The notes beneath the pieces were generated by a model, which was not told the origin of the DNA, ran no database searches, and worked only from the letters and a program-made list of their open reading frames with translations. A DNA stretch of 64,000 nucleotides from an uncultured Planctomycetaceae bacterium (GTDB taxonomy: Bacteria; Planctomycetota; Phycisphaerae; SM23-33). Below are positions 9,535-19,600 of this stretch, one piece after another (the stretch's first letter is position 1; every line of letters starts with the position of its first letter). The DNA is taken from assembly GCA_964557575.1 (NCBI GenBank), contig CAZLBC010000012.1:17400-81399 (forward strand), written 5' to 3'. A program made the translations under genes and the position numbers.

Positions 9535-10137
9535 TCAGGCATCGCCTTTGTTCCGGTCACGTTCCCGCACTATCGCGGCGGCCCGCTCTTCGGCCGCGCG
9601 CCGTATCTCGCGGTGCAGGTCATCTCCACCGGCATCTACGGTAACGATCGCCGGGAAATGCTCAATATCCAGCACCCATATCGCCTCGGGAATGCCGAAT
9701 TCCTCAAGGAGGTACACATCCTCAACCCGGCGCACGCATCGGGCAAGTACGGCAGCCAACCCGCCGGTCGCGTGAAAGTAGGCGGCGGCATGCGCCCGGC
9801 AGGCCGCGATCGTGGTCTCACCCATACCGCCCTTACCCATGATACCGGCGGGACCGTACGTCTCGATCACGTCCGCTTCGTAGGGCTCCTCGCGCATGCT
9901 CGTCGTCGGTCCGGCCGAAATCACTTCCCAGCCGTCCGGGGTCCGTTTCATGATCGGACCGCAGTGATAGATGATCGACCGGGACAACAGGTCGCCCAGA
10001 AATGCCGGCTTGTGTTCAACCATATACTTGTGGGCCATGTCCCGTGCCGTAACAATCCTGCCGCTGATCGACACCTCGTCGCCGGCATGGAGTGCCCGGA
10101 TCGCCTCCGGGGACGCCGGAAGCTGCAGGTCAATCAT
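9535..10137 (-). CDS. Fe-S hydro-lyase beta subunit (class I fumarate hydratase / L(+)-tartrate dehydratase beta)
   Basis: The 200-aa product has the FumA C-terminal/TtdB-type beta-subunit pattern (ISGRIVTARD, YHCGP, GKGGMGE). It overlaps the alpha-subunit gene by 8 nt. Confidence 0.85.
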   Translation of the reverse strand: MIDLQLPASPEAIRALHAGDEVSISGRIVTARDMAHKYMVEHKPAFLGDLLSRSIIYHCGPIMKRTPDGWEVISAGPTTSMREEPYEADVIETYGPAGIMGKGGMGETTIAACRAHAAAYFHATGGLAAVLARCVRRVEDVYLLEEFGIPEAIWVLDIEHFPAIVTVDAGGDDLHREIRRAAEERAAAIVRERDRNKGDA

Positions 10138-10990
10138 AGGTCACCCCATCCGCGTCCAGCGTCACCCCCCCCCGCCTGAAGGCCCAGCACATGTACGCAA
10201 TGGAAACGAAGAAGCTGGCCGGATGCCGCGCCGCGGCACCTATCTTGACACCCAGAACCGTGGTGTTCCCGCCGAGCCCCATGGGGCCGATGCCGAGTTC
10301 GTTGAGCCGGGCAAACAGGTCTTCCTCCAGTTCAGCCAGTACGGCATCGTCGTTGAGGTCATCCAGCCGGCGGAGGAGTTGCTTCTTGGCTAACCGGTGC
10401 GAACCGCACCGGTCGCCGCCGATACCCACCCCCAGTATACCCGGTGCGCATCCCATCCCCTGGGCCGAAACGACGGCATCGAGTATGCATCTTCTCACGC
10501 CCTCAGCATCCCGACCCGCTTCCAGCCGCACGTCGGGAAGGGAATACTGCGCGCCGACATTTTCACAGCCGCCGCCCTTCAGCAGCAGCCGTATCCGCAA
10601 CCGATCACCGCTCGATTCACGAAAATACATCTGCGGAATTCCCGCTCCCGTTCCGTCGCCGCTGTTGGCCCCGCTGACGGGATCAACGGCGTTCGGGCGG
10701 AGGAAATTCCGGGCGACGGCCGTGCGGACCGCGCCGACGATGTCCCGCCTGATCGTTCCTTCCTGAACGGACGCCGGGCGATCGACGTAAAAAACGGCGG
10801 TGCCGGTGTCCTGGCAGATCGGGACGGACGCCGCCGACGCCAGTGATGCATTCTCCAGCAGGGATCCCAGGATGGTATGCGCCCTCCCGCCGGGCTCCTC
10901 GTGTTCCCGGGCGGCGCGGAGGGCGCCGGTCACGTCGTCCGGCAGGACGGCGGATGTTTTCCTGATCAATTCGACGATTTCTTCAACCAT
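10130..10990 (-). CDS. Fe-S hydro-lyase alpha subunit (class I fumarate hydratase / tartrate dehydratase alpha)
   Basis: The 286-aa product has the FumA N-terminal/TtdA-type catalytic-subunit pattern (CQDTGTAVFY, LLKGGGCEN, cysteine ligands). Confidence 0.85.
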   Translation of the reverse strand: MVEEIVELIRKTSAVLPDDVTGALRAAREHEEPGGRAHTILGSLLENASLASAASVPICQDTGTAVFYVDRPASVQEGTIRRDIVGAVRTAVARNFLRPNAVDPVSGANSGDGTGAGIPQMYFRESSGDRLRIRLLLKGGGCENVGAQYSLPDVRLEAGRDAEGVRRCILDAVVSAQGMGCAPGILGVGIGGDRCGSHRLAKKQLLRRLDDLNDDAVLAELEEDLFARLNELGIGPMGLGGNTTVLGVKIGAAARHPASFFVSIAYMCWAFRRGGVTLDADGVTYD

Positions 10991-11115
10991 GATCTCACCC
11001 GGTACCTTGCTATTGTCGCAGAAAACGGGGAACCATCAATACCATTTGTCACCTGGCACATGAACCGGCATTCGATTACCATGGAGCGAAATAATGTCTT
11101 TTCGAGAGGACGAGA

Positions 11116-11922
11116 ATGATGCGAAAAAAAAGCGTGACAGCGCCACTGGTACTGCTGTGGTACCTGGTGCAGACGACATCTCCCGCGGTCGCCGCACCCG
11201 GAACCGGGAAGGCCGCCGCACCCGGCTCACTCAGGATCCACCTGATCGGCTGGTCGCGAGAGTATGCCGCGGACACATCGCTGGCGGCGTGGCAGCAGAA
11301 CATGGAAAGGGAATATCGGGTGCGGTTCACCCGTTCCTTCGCCCCGGACAAGTCCCGGAAGCTGCCGGGTCTTGAAGATCTCCGGTCCGCAGATCTCCTG
11401 GTCGTCTACTGCAGGAGACTCCGCATCCCGAATGACCGGCTGGAGTTGATTCAGGACTACGTGAAATCAGGCCGGCCGGTGCTCGGCATGCGAACCGCCA
11501 GCCACGCATTCCAGAACTGGCTCGAATTCGACCGGGATGTCTTCGGCGGCAGCTACAACGGACACGGCCCCGACGAAACGGTCAGGATTACGATCCCGAA
11601 AACGGCCGCGGATCATCCGGTTGTTGCAAAGATCACGCCGTGGCAGTGGCGCGGCAAGCTCTACCGTAATGAAAAAAATGCCGAAGACACCATCACGTTG
11701 CTGATCGGAAAAACGGAAAAGGCCTCACCGCCGGTTGCATGGGTACGGGTGCTCAAACGGAAACAGCGCATTTTTTACACCTCGCTCGGCACGCCCGAAG
11801 ACTTCGAGAGCCCGCATTTCAACCGGCTTCTGGTCAATGCCGTAACCTGGCTGACCCGCAACGGCCTGGAAAAAACAGTGATTGAGAAGCGTGTTTTTCA
11901 CCCAAGCCCCCTGCTAAAATAG
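11116..11922 (+). CDS. ThuA-like (class-I glutamine-amidotransferase-like) domain protein, secreted
   Basis: Signal peptide MMRKKSVTAPLVLLWYLVQTTSPAVAA and GAGGA RBS. The rest resembles the ThuA/trehalose-utilisation family common in PVC bacteria. Confidence 0.6.
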   Translation: MMRKKSVTAPLVLLWYLVQTTSPAVAAPGTGKAAAPGSLRIHLIGWSREYAADTSLAAWQQNMEREYRVRFTRSFAPDKSRKLPGLEDLRSADLLVVYCRRLRIPNDRLELIQDYVKSGRPVLGMRTASHAFQNWLEFDRDVFGGSYNGHGPDETVRITIPKTAADHPVVAKITPWQWRGKLYRNEKNAEDTITLLIGKTEKASPPVAWVRVLKRKQRIFYTSLGTPEDFESPHFNRLLVNAVTWLTRNGLEKTVIEKRVFHPSPLLK

Positions 11923-11935
11923 TTATCCATTTTAC

Positions 11936-11964
11936 TTGACGGAAAACGACGCTGATTTTATCAT
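11936..11964 (+). promoter_or_regulatory. Sigma70-like promoter (TTGACG-17 nt-TATCAT) upstream of the chorismatase-like gene
   Basis: Read directly in an AT-rich intergenic island, about 140 nt upstream of the ATG at 12105. Confidence 0.35.
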
Positions 11965-12104
11965 TTCAATTCGTGAGACATATTTGTTATATGGTATACT
12001 GTTTTATATAGCAAATTCATTAGCCATCCCCGTCGCACGCCCGCGCGGCCGGGGATCAGGAGTGAACGGCAGTACGGCCTTCGCTCGATACACTATATCA
12101 TTCA

Positions 12105-13232
12105 ATGAAGATGATTTCTCAGTACGGCAATCACCGCGGATTCGAAACATTCGTGACCGCCGAGGCATCGCCTGACCTCCCCTTTTCCCGGGCCGTGGAC
12201 TCGCTGTTCGAACGGTACGACGCGATTCTGGAAGCCAACGACCTTTCGGCAGACTCCGGCGTATTCACACGTTTTCATGTCAGCGATACGGTGACGCAGG
12301 CGGAAGAGTTAACCGCCGCGCTGAAACCGCGCTTACGGGATACCATGACCGCGATCGTCCAGCAACCGCCCGCCTCGGGAAGCAAGATCGCCCTGGAAGC
12401 CTATCACATGGGCTGCCGGGAGGGCCGGTTCGAGAAGCTGATGAACGGGGAAAGCCTCGTGGTCCATCACGGGAATTACCGGTCGCTCTGGGGATCCATG
12501 GTGCCGGGAAGCAACGGCACCCCTTATAACCAGACCAATACCATCCTCGAAAACCTCTCCGAAACCATCAGCCACTTCGAGGGCACGGTGAAGGACAACG
12601 TCGTGCGGACGTGGTTTTTCGTCCGCGACATAGACAACAACTACAAGGGGATGGTCGACGCCCGGCGAGAGTGGTTCGAGCGATCGGGCATGACGAAGGA
12701 TACGCACTACATCGCCTCCACCGGCATCGAGGGTTGTTTCCGGCGTCCTTCCTGCACGGTGCTGCTGAACTATCTGGCCGTCTTGGGACTCTCCCCCGAA
12801 CAGGTCGAATTCATGAGCGCCCTGGACCACCTCTGTCCCACCCATGATTACGGCGTCACCTTTGAGCGGGGCACGCGGATCACCTACGGGGATCGGTCCC
12901 ACTTTTACATTTCAGGCACCGCGAGTATCGACAGCACGGGGGCGGTAATGCACTGCGGCGACGTGATAAAACAGGCGGGGAGAACGATCGAGAACATGAA
13001 CGCTCTCCTGGAAAACCACGGGGCCACCCTGGAAGACATGAAGCTGGTGGTCGTATACCTGCGGGACGGATCGGACTATACCATGGTGGAACGGTTCCTC
13101 CGGGACCACCTGCCGGCCGGCGCCGCCTCTGTCATCGTTATCGCGCCGGTATGCCGGCCCGAGTGGCTCATCGAGATGGACGGGGTCGCGATTACCGGCG
13201 CCGGTGATGAACGATTCGATTCGTTCTGCTGA
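12105..13232 (+). CDS. Tandem RidA/YjgF-fold protein, probably an FkbO/Hyg5-family chorismatase-like enzyme
   Basis: The 375-aa product has a clearly RidA-like C-terminal half (SGTASIDSTG, VVVYLRD...VIVIAPVCRPEWLIEMDGVA). The N-terminal half is a degenerate second RidA-like domain. This architecture and size are typical of chorismatases (chorismate to 3-/4-hydroxybenzoate). Confidence 0.45.
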   Translation: MKMISQYGNHRGFETFVTAEASPDLPFSRAVDSLFERYDAILEANDLSADSGVFTRFHVSDTVTQAEELTAALKPRLRDTMTAIVQQPPASGSKIALEAYHMGCREGRFEKLMNGESLVVHHGNYRSLWGSMVPGSNGTPYNQTNTILENLSETISHFEGTVKDNVVRTWFFVRDIDNNYKGMVDARREWFERSGMTKDTHYIASTGIEGCFRRPSCTVLLNYLAVLGLSPEQVEFMSALDHLCPTHDYGVTFERGTRITYGDRSHFYISGTASIDSTGAVMHCGDVIKQAGRTIENMNALLENHGATLEDMKLVVVYLRDGSDYTMVERFLRDHLPAGAASVIVIAPVCRPEWLIEMDGVAITGAGDERFDSFC

Positions 13233-13250
13233 TGACCCGACACGGGCGTT

Positions 13251-14546
13251 TTATCCCCCCGCTTCCTCCATCGCAATCGCCGCCCAGTCCCACAACCGCC
13301 GGGGCTCGTAGCGAACGGTCGAGATATCCTTCATGATGATTTCGAGGTGGCAGTGGCCGCCGGTCTTTTCAATCGCCGCGCGGATAGCGGCCCGCGCCTT
13401 TGCGGGGCGCCAGGTATCCTCGGCGAGAACAGCCGGGTTGGGCTTGATACTCAGGACGTAATCGTCGCCGAGTTCCTCGACGGCACGGTCCATGTCGCAC
13501 CACGGACTGATCGAAACTTTCCGCAGGTTGGGGATCTTCTTCATCAGGTGAAACTTGTTGTGCAGGGGTTCACAGCAGCCGTAGTACGTCAGCCCCCAGC
13601 GCCCCAGCCACTTCATGGCGTGCTCGAGGGCGAATTCCCAGTGCATCCGGGGAGAGACTTCCGAGAAGATCTGCGCGTTTGAGCACCCCCACATGTTGTG
13701 CGGACCGACGGATGCCGGATCGTAATCGTCACCCGGAAGGTCCCGGCAATACCCGTACCCTCCCGACCCGACCCTGATGTTCCGGTTGTCCAGGGACAGG
13801 AGATTCATCTCCTCGAACTGGTCGAGCTCAACCATCCAGGCGTCAACCAGCCGCGCCACGGCCGCGTGCACGAGCGCGGGTTTCATGATCAGGTTCATGA
13901 TACCTTCCTGGATTCCCATCCACCGAATGAGGTAATCCCAGGGGGCAAACCATATGTGTGTCTGCCCGACCGTGCGGACGGGGAGTATGCCCTCGTACAC
14001 GTCGCACATCGCCCGGAACCGGAACGCGGTCGCCTCCTCGTTATGCGTGACCGTCGGCATCTCGATCTTCTCGATGTCCCCGGGCTCGGCAATCTGGATA
14101 TTAAAATGACGTGACACGACGTCGCTGGTCTCGTCGGTCTTCCTGACCTCGACATCCTCAACAATACCGAAATCGGTCGAGTGTATCGCCAGGAAACAGG
14201 AAAGAAAATCGTCGATCACCATATCCGCCGGCAGGTGCTTCCACTGGTAGAGCGTCCTCCTCAGTTCCCGTTCCTGGTCCCGGGCCCAGGGATGTTCGGT
14301 TTGCAGGGTGAGTTCGCCGTCGACATCCATCTCGTGCCAGCAAATCTCATTTATCCAGACCATCGGCCGCTCTGAGTCGAGGCTGTTGAGTTTCGTCCAG
14401 AGTTCCGCCTTCTCCCGGTGCGGGGGCAGGGATGCCGTCTCCGCCAGCTCGCCGGCGAGGGTGCGCAGCACCTCCCTGTCTTCGCGGGAAAGAACGATCT
14501 CCCCGGCTCCTTCCGGTGGGGCATAGTGACTCGGATCATGCAGCAT
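13251..14546 (-). CDS. Hypothetical protein, possibly a URO-D/MtaA-like TIM-barrel family member
   Basis: This is a 431-aa ORF with a clean stop-to-start layout. The C-terminal half (GYGYCRDLPGD, LTYYGCCEPL, HCHLEIIMKDIST) loosely resembles the uroporphyrinogen-decarboxylase/methylcobamide methyltransferase superfamily. The family assignment is tentative. Confidence 0.35.
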   Translation of the reverse strand: MLHDPSHYAPPEGAGEIVLSREDREVLRTLAGELAETASLPPHREKAELWTKLNSLDSERPMVWINEICWHEMDVDGELTLQTEHPWARDQERELRRTLYQWKHLPADMVIDDFLSCFLAIHSTDFGIVEDVEVRKTDETSDVVSRHFNIQIAEPGDIEKIEMPTVTHNEEATAFRFRAMCDVYEGILPVRTVGQTHIWFAPWDYLIRWMGIQEGIMNLIMKPALVHAAVARLVDAWMVELDQFEEMNLLSLDNRNIRVGSGGYGYCRDLPGDDYDPASVGPHNMWGCSNAQIFSEVSPRMHWEFALEHAMKWLGRWGLTYYGCCEPLHNKFHLMKKIPNLRKVSISPWCDMDRAVEELGDDYVLSIKPNPAVLAEDTWRPAKARAAIRAAIEKTGGHCHLEIIMKDISTVRYEPRRLWDWAAIAMEEAGG

Positions 14547-14747
14547 GTTCTACTCCGGACATAGTTATACGGTACGGCGGACGGATGCAGCCGGTTCCTT
14601 GCCCGTCATAACGATACGGAATAAGATATATGTATTACAGGCGAACGCCGATGGCAATGAGAATCATGTTATCTTTCCCACGCACGGTCGTACCGTCGCG
14701 GACCCGGCAGGCGCGGACCGGCTCCGCCGCGGCCGCAAAGCGACGTC

Positions 14748-16235
14748 ATGGCCACCGATAGAGTCATCATCGACTGCTACACGGACGAGCCGGCCGGGCT
14801 CGGCGTCCCCCCCTTCCTGGGGGTGTGGCCCCGGTACCTGGCCGGCAGCTACCGGGATCTCCCCGCCTACCTGACGATCGACGACCTGCGCGCCGCCGCC
14901 CTCGAAAGAAAACCCGTCGCCACATACCTCGACCCTCTGACAGGAAAGACGAAAACACAATTCCTCAACACAACGAGGGAATACGAAGAAACGAGGGAAG
15001 TGCTCCGAACATGCCGGCAGGCGATATTCGTGGCGGGCGCCCACACGCCCGGAAAGTATCTCGCCGCGCAACCGGGCACCGTTCGCGAAATCATCGGCCT
15101 CGCGTCCCGCTACCGGTTCAGAAAGATACTCGCCGGCCCCGCGGCAATAGGGGGCAGCCAGTACACGGGCGGCCGGCGGCCCGAGCAGGCCGACCAACGG
15201 CAATTCGAACAGCTCCGCGGCACGGTATTTGAAAACTACGAGGAACTCAGAGATTACGCCGTCGCCGGCGCGGCGATACTCAGGCACATACCGCACCGCA
15301 GGATCGTGGAGATTGAAACGGGGAGGGGATGCCCGCGGGACGAAGGCTGCTCGTTCTGCACCGAACCGCTCAAGGGAGCCCCGGCCTGGCGCACAGCGGA
15401 TGATATCGTCGCGGAGATGACCGCCTGTATGCAATACGGCGCCGCGGCGTTCAGGCTCGGCAGGCAGTCATGCCTGCTGAGTTACCGCGACGGCAACGTC
15501 GCCGCGCTGCGCAGGCTGCTGGAAGGGGCGGCCGCGCTGCATCCGGCCATACTCCACATGGACAACGCATCGCCCGGTATGGTCACGGACGAGCGCATCG
15601 GACTGTGCGCAGAATTTCTCACCCCCGGGAGCACGGCTGCCATGGGCGCCGAATCATTCGATTCTGAAGTGATCAGGCAGAACAACCTGAACAGCAATTT
15701 CGAAGAAGTGTTTGAAGCGGTCAGGATTATCAATCGCCAGGGAGCAGCGAGGGGCGAAAACGGCTGCCATCGCATATTGCCCGGGATCAACATCGTCCTG
15801 GGACTGATCGGCGAAACACGGCGCACCCTGGACATCAATTACAAATGCCTGAAAAAGATCCTCGAAAGCGGGCTCCTGGTCAGGAGAATCAATATCAGGC
15901 AGGTGGTCCCCTTTCCGGGAACAAAACTTCACGAACTCGCCGGCAACAAATACCTCAGGAAAAACCGCCGCTATTACCGCAACTGGACCAGGAAGATCAG
16001 GGAGGAGATCGACGAGCCGATGTTGCGGCGGCTCTTCCCGAAAGGAACCGTTCTACGGGGACTCTACAGCGAGGTTCACAAAGGTAACGTGACCTTCCTG
16101 AGACAACTGGGCAGTTATCCGATTGTCGTGGGAACCAGGGAACGGCTGCCCCTGCAACAGCGATATAATATCAGGGTAACCGGACACAACCTGCGGAGCC
16201 TGGAGGGAGAGGTCATTGAACCGGGAAACGCGTAG
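14748..16235 (+). CDS. Radical SAM domain protein with an N-terminal B12-binding-like/flavodoxin-like domain and an unusual Cx5Cx2C cluster motif
   Basis: IETGRGCPRDEGCSFC gives a CxxxxxCxxC motif in a radical-SAM-like TIM-barrel context. The N-terminal ~190 aa (RVIIDCYTDEPAGLGVPPF) resemble the B12-binding-like domain of class B/archaeal-type radical SAM proteins. Confidence 0.7.
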   Translation: MATDRVIIDCYTDEPAGLGVPPFLGVWPRYLAGSYRDLPAYLTIDDLRAAALERKPVATYLDPLTGKTKTQFLNTTREYEETREVLRTCRQAIFVAGAHTPGKYLAAQPGTVREIIGLASRYRFRKILAGPAAIGGSQYTGGRRPEQADQRQFEQLRGTVFENYEELRDYAVAGAAILRHIPHRRIVEIETGRGCPRDEGCSFCTEPLKGAPAWRTADDIVAEMTACMQYGAAAFRLGRQSCLLSYRDGNVAALRRLLEGAAALHPAILHMDNASPGMVTDERIGLCAEFLTPGSTAAMGAESFDSEVIRQNNLNSNFEEVFEAVRIINRQGAARGENGCHRILPGINIVLGLIGETRRTLDINYKCLKKILESGLLVRRINIRQVVPFPGTKLHELAGNKYLRKNRRYYRNWTRKIREEIDEPMLRRLFPKGTVLRGLYSEVHKGNVTFLRQLGSYPIVVGTRERLPLQQRYNIRVTGHNLRSLEGEVIEPGNA

Positions 16236-16241
16236 CGCGGT

Positions 16242-16571
16242 TCAGGATGCCTGCGCGGCCTCTTCTATAGCCGCAACCAGGTCGTCTTCCTTCTGCACTC
16301 CGACGAACTGCTTCACCGGGTCCCCGTCCTTGAAGATGAAAATGGCGGGAATCGCGGTTATGCCTAACTGGCTGGCCACCGTGCGGGCTTCGTCAATATT
16401 CAACTTGGCTATGGTCGCCTTGTCGCCGACCTTTTGAGCCACACTGTCGATAACGGGTGCTATCATCTTGCACGGGCCGCACCAGGGGGCCCAGAAATCG
16501 ACGAGGGTAACGCCTTCGGCTATTTCCGCGTCGAAGTTTTCTGCGGTGAGTTCAACAGCGTTTTCAGACAT
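16242..16571 (-). CDS. trxA: Thioredoxin
   Basis: The 109-aa product carries the WCGPC active site. The ATG at 16571 has GGAGG 5 nt upstream, and the longer track ORF is a 5' over-extension. Confidence 0.9.
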   Translation of the reverse strand: MSENAVELTAENFDAEIAEGVTLVDFWAPWCGPCKMIAPVIDSVAQKVGDKATIAKLNIDEARTVASQLGITAIPAIFIFKDGDPVKQFVGVQKEDDLVAAIEEAAQAS

Positions 16572-16691
16572 AACAACCTCCATGCCGGGACTATAAATAA
16601 CAGTCATGCGGTGAATAACAGACAATGGCAAGTATACCGTGATGCCGGCCAATAGCAACAACGGATTCCATCGGGTACTCATCTCAACGGA

Positions 16692-19600
16692 TTATTCAGT
16701 GAGCCAGGCAGGCAGGCCGGAATCGTCCTTTTTTTCGCCCGTTTCTTTTTTCCCCGCCCCGGGTGTTTCTTTAACCGTCCCACCACCTGATGCGCCCTTC
16801 TCCGCCCCGCTGTCGGCCGGCGTCAGGCGTTTTTCTGTTGCCGGTTTCTTCTCAAGGGTGTTGTTTTCGCTCCCGTCTTTCGCCTGCACAGCCGGTACCG
16901 TTTCCGGACGGTGAGCCCCCGGCGCCGTTTCCGCAGCAGGCGGTCGGGTTTTCGATACCATGAACCCCGCGTTAACCCAGTTGGCCCGGTCGTCGATAAC
17001 CGTATCGCCGGCATTCGAAACCGTCAGCACAATACGTTCCGATTCGGGAGGGATCGCCACGTTGAAGTGATGCACCATTGAATACTTCATCACGGGACTC
17101 TCGGCGAGGAGAATGGAGTCAATATACACCTTGAATACTACGCTGCCGCGTATGTAGTTCTCCGACAGATGGGCGTTCCTGATGCCGTCGTCGAGACCGA
17201 CCGTCGCCACGAATCGCTCGTAGCGTGGATCGAGCGGATAGTCAAGCGTAGAAACGGCGTGCACACCGATACCCTCTGTATATGTCCTGCCGGCGAGACG
17301 CAAGGGACCACCGGTAACGGACGCGTCGGCCTGCGGTTCCGTACCCCTTCCCGACACGGCCGAGAGCGGAGAAAGTGCGGAGAGGTGAACATCCGGGGGA
17401 GGATACTGTTCCCGTGCGGCACGGTCCAGCGCGGCTATCTTCTCATCCGCCCCGGACGTCACCATCACGATATTCCTCATGAGGGCATAGGCGGTCTCCG
17501 GTGTGTAGCCGTCGACGGATCGGCATTCGCAACCCAGCAAACCGGTCGTCATATCCTCGCGGCTGAGCAGCACGGCGGGTCGGCCCGCCACCTCGTATAC
17601 GTCCGGGCGCGGAACCAGTGAACCCAGCCGTTCAACGGCGGTCGCCCGCAGACCGACGGCGCTGAGCGGCGCCGCTGCACGGGTATAGATCGGCGCGTCG
17701 GCGGTGAGGGTACCGGAAGCATCCGCACCGAACATGCGTGCCAGGTGCTTTCTCATCGTGAGGTAAAAATCCCGGTCGCCGCCCGCGCCGTTCACCACCA
17801 GCGTACCGCCCGATTCGATGTATTCCTTCAGGGATTCACTCCGGGAAGGACTCAGCAGGACCGCGCCCGTTCCCGCCATGATCGCGGGCCCGGTTCTGCA
17901 GTCCCGCAGTTTCTCGAGCGACACCTTTTTGACGGCCAGTTCTACCCCCTCGTCGACCGTCAGCCGTCGCCCGAGTGCCTCCACGGCGCGGGCGACGGTG
18001 TCTTCGTCGCCGTATTCGACAACAACAACCTCGCGCGTCAACCGGGGCTCCCGCGCCGCCGGGCGCGGCCAGTACGAATCGAAACGGGGCCGCAACTGCT
18101 CGAATCCCGCGGAGATATAATCGATGAGATTAAAACCGACATTAAAGGCGGAATCGTTCGAACGCGAAAAGCCCTGTTCCCACACCTTGGTCAGGTCCGT
18201 CGAACAGTGGATCACCAGCGGCCGCGGGCCGGTGTGTATCATGTGCAGCGCGGGTTTTTCGTCAACCGCCAGGGGTTTCAGGTACACACGGTGCGACGGC
18301 GGTACCTTTTTCAGCTCGCAACCGGGAAACGCCTCGGCATAGATCTTTCGCATGCCTTCTTCAAAACCATCGTTCTTCCCCTCCGCGACGCTGAAGATGA
18401 TACCCCCCTCCATCGCGAAATTCCTGAGTCGGGCTATTTGCTTTCCGAGGATGATGGGCTTCCGCGCGCCGGTGATCACCAGTACCGGTGCGTCGTGCCA
18501 GCGATCGTTTGTGTTTATCTCGGCAATGCGCCGTGCAAAACGCCGTTTCGCCCGGCTGCCGGCCCACCGCAACAGGTTCGAAAGGGCCCGCGGCCGATTG
18601 TTCCAGTCGCCGAGGCGCTTGAGATGGTTGAACACGAGCGGGCTTCCGCCGTCGAGGAGAAAGAGCAGGGCGAAAGCCGTTTCGGAAAGACTCCCCTCCT
18701 GCCAGCTCCCGCTGCCGGCCTGCTTGCGGAACAGGACCTCGGCCCCCGCCCGGTACCAGTCCCGCTCGCCGAAATACCTTCTGCCCGCGGCGAGCCCGGC
18801 CCGCTGAACCCCGTACAGGTAATAGCATAACCGGCGTTGGGGACCGGCCTGCACCGTACCGCTCAAGGTGCCGGCAAAATTATCGTCGAACCACTGCAAA
18901 CCCTTCGCCAGTACGGGCGGCGGTTCGTAGACACCGCAGGCGAGGTACCGTTGCCGGTCTTCAAATCCCAGGCACTCCAGAACGCTCGTGAGTCCCGCCG
19001 CCGACATCGATCCCCGCGGGGCGTGATACGATTCTTTACCCTCTTCTTCACTTTTTCTGAACGGCGGCCAGTAGCTCCATCCCCCGTCCTTGAGCTGCGC
19101 CTTCAGCCAGTATCGCGACACAAGCGACCAGAACGATTTCGGAACCGCGCCGCCGCCCTTCCCGAACGCAGCTACCCCGAGCACGCCGTACTGCGACGTC
19201 GAGTTGTGGCAGGTATCGTTCCATATTGAATAATCCCAGCCGCCCTTCACCCGGTGGATTGAATAGATAAGCCGGCGCGCGTCGTGCTTGAAATACTTCA
19301 TATATTCGCCGGGAGCGCGCGATTCGGCGACAAACCACACCTTGCACCGCAGGCCCAGGGAGTACACCAGGTAGGTGTCGTAGGTTTTCAGGAATTCAAG
19401 GGCCTTCGCGACACATTCATCGTCCAGGTCCATACCGCCGGCGAACAGTGCGAGGACCGCAAGCGACGTCATGCCGACACTGCCCGGCCGGGGTTCGGGC
19501 TTCAATTTCAAGATCCCGGCCAGATTTCTCCGCACCGCCCTCCCCTTCCACTTGTATCCGGACTTGTCGATCTTAAGCGAGTACTCTTCGTAGCTGCTGC

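Noticed and set aside
17745-18830. 361-aa plus-strand ORF inside the giant secreted protein gene
   Set aside because: It is antisense to a long domain-rich ORF, with Arg/Pro-rich composition and no motifs.
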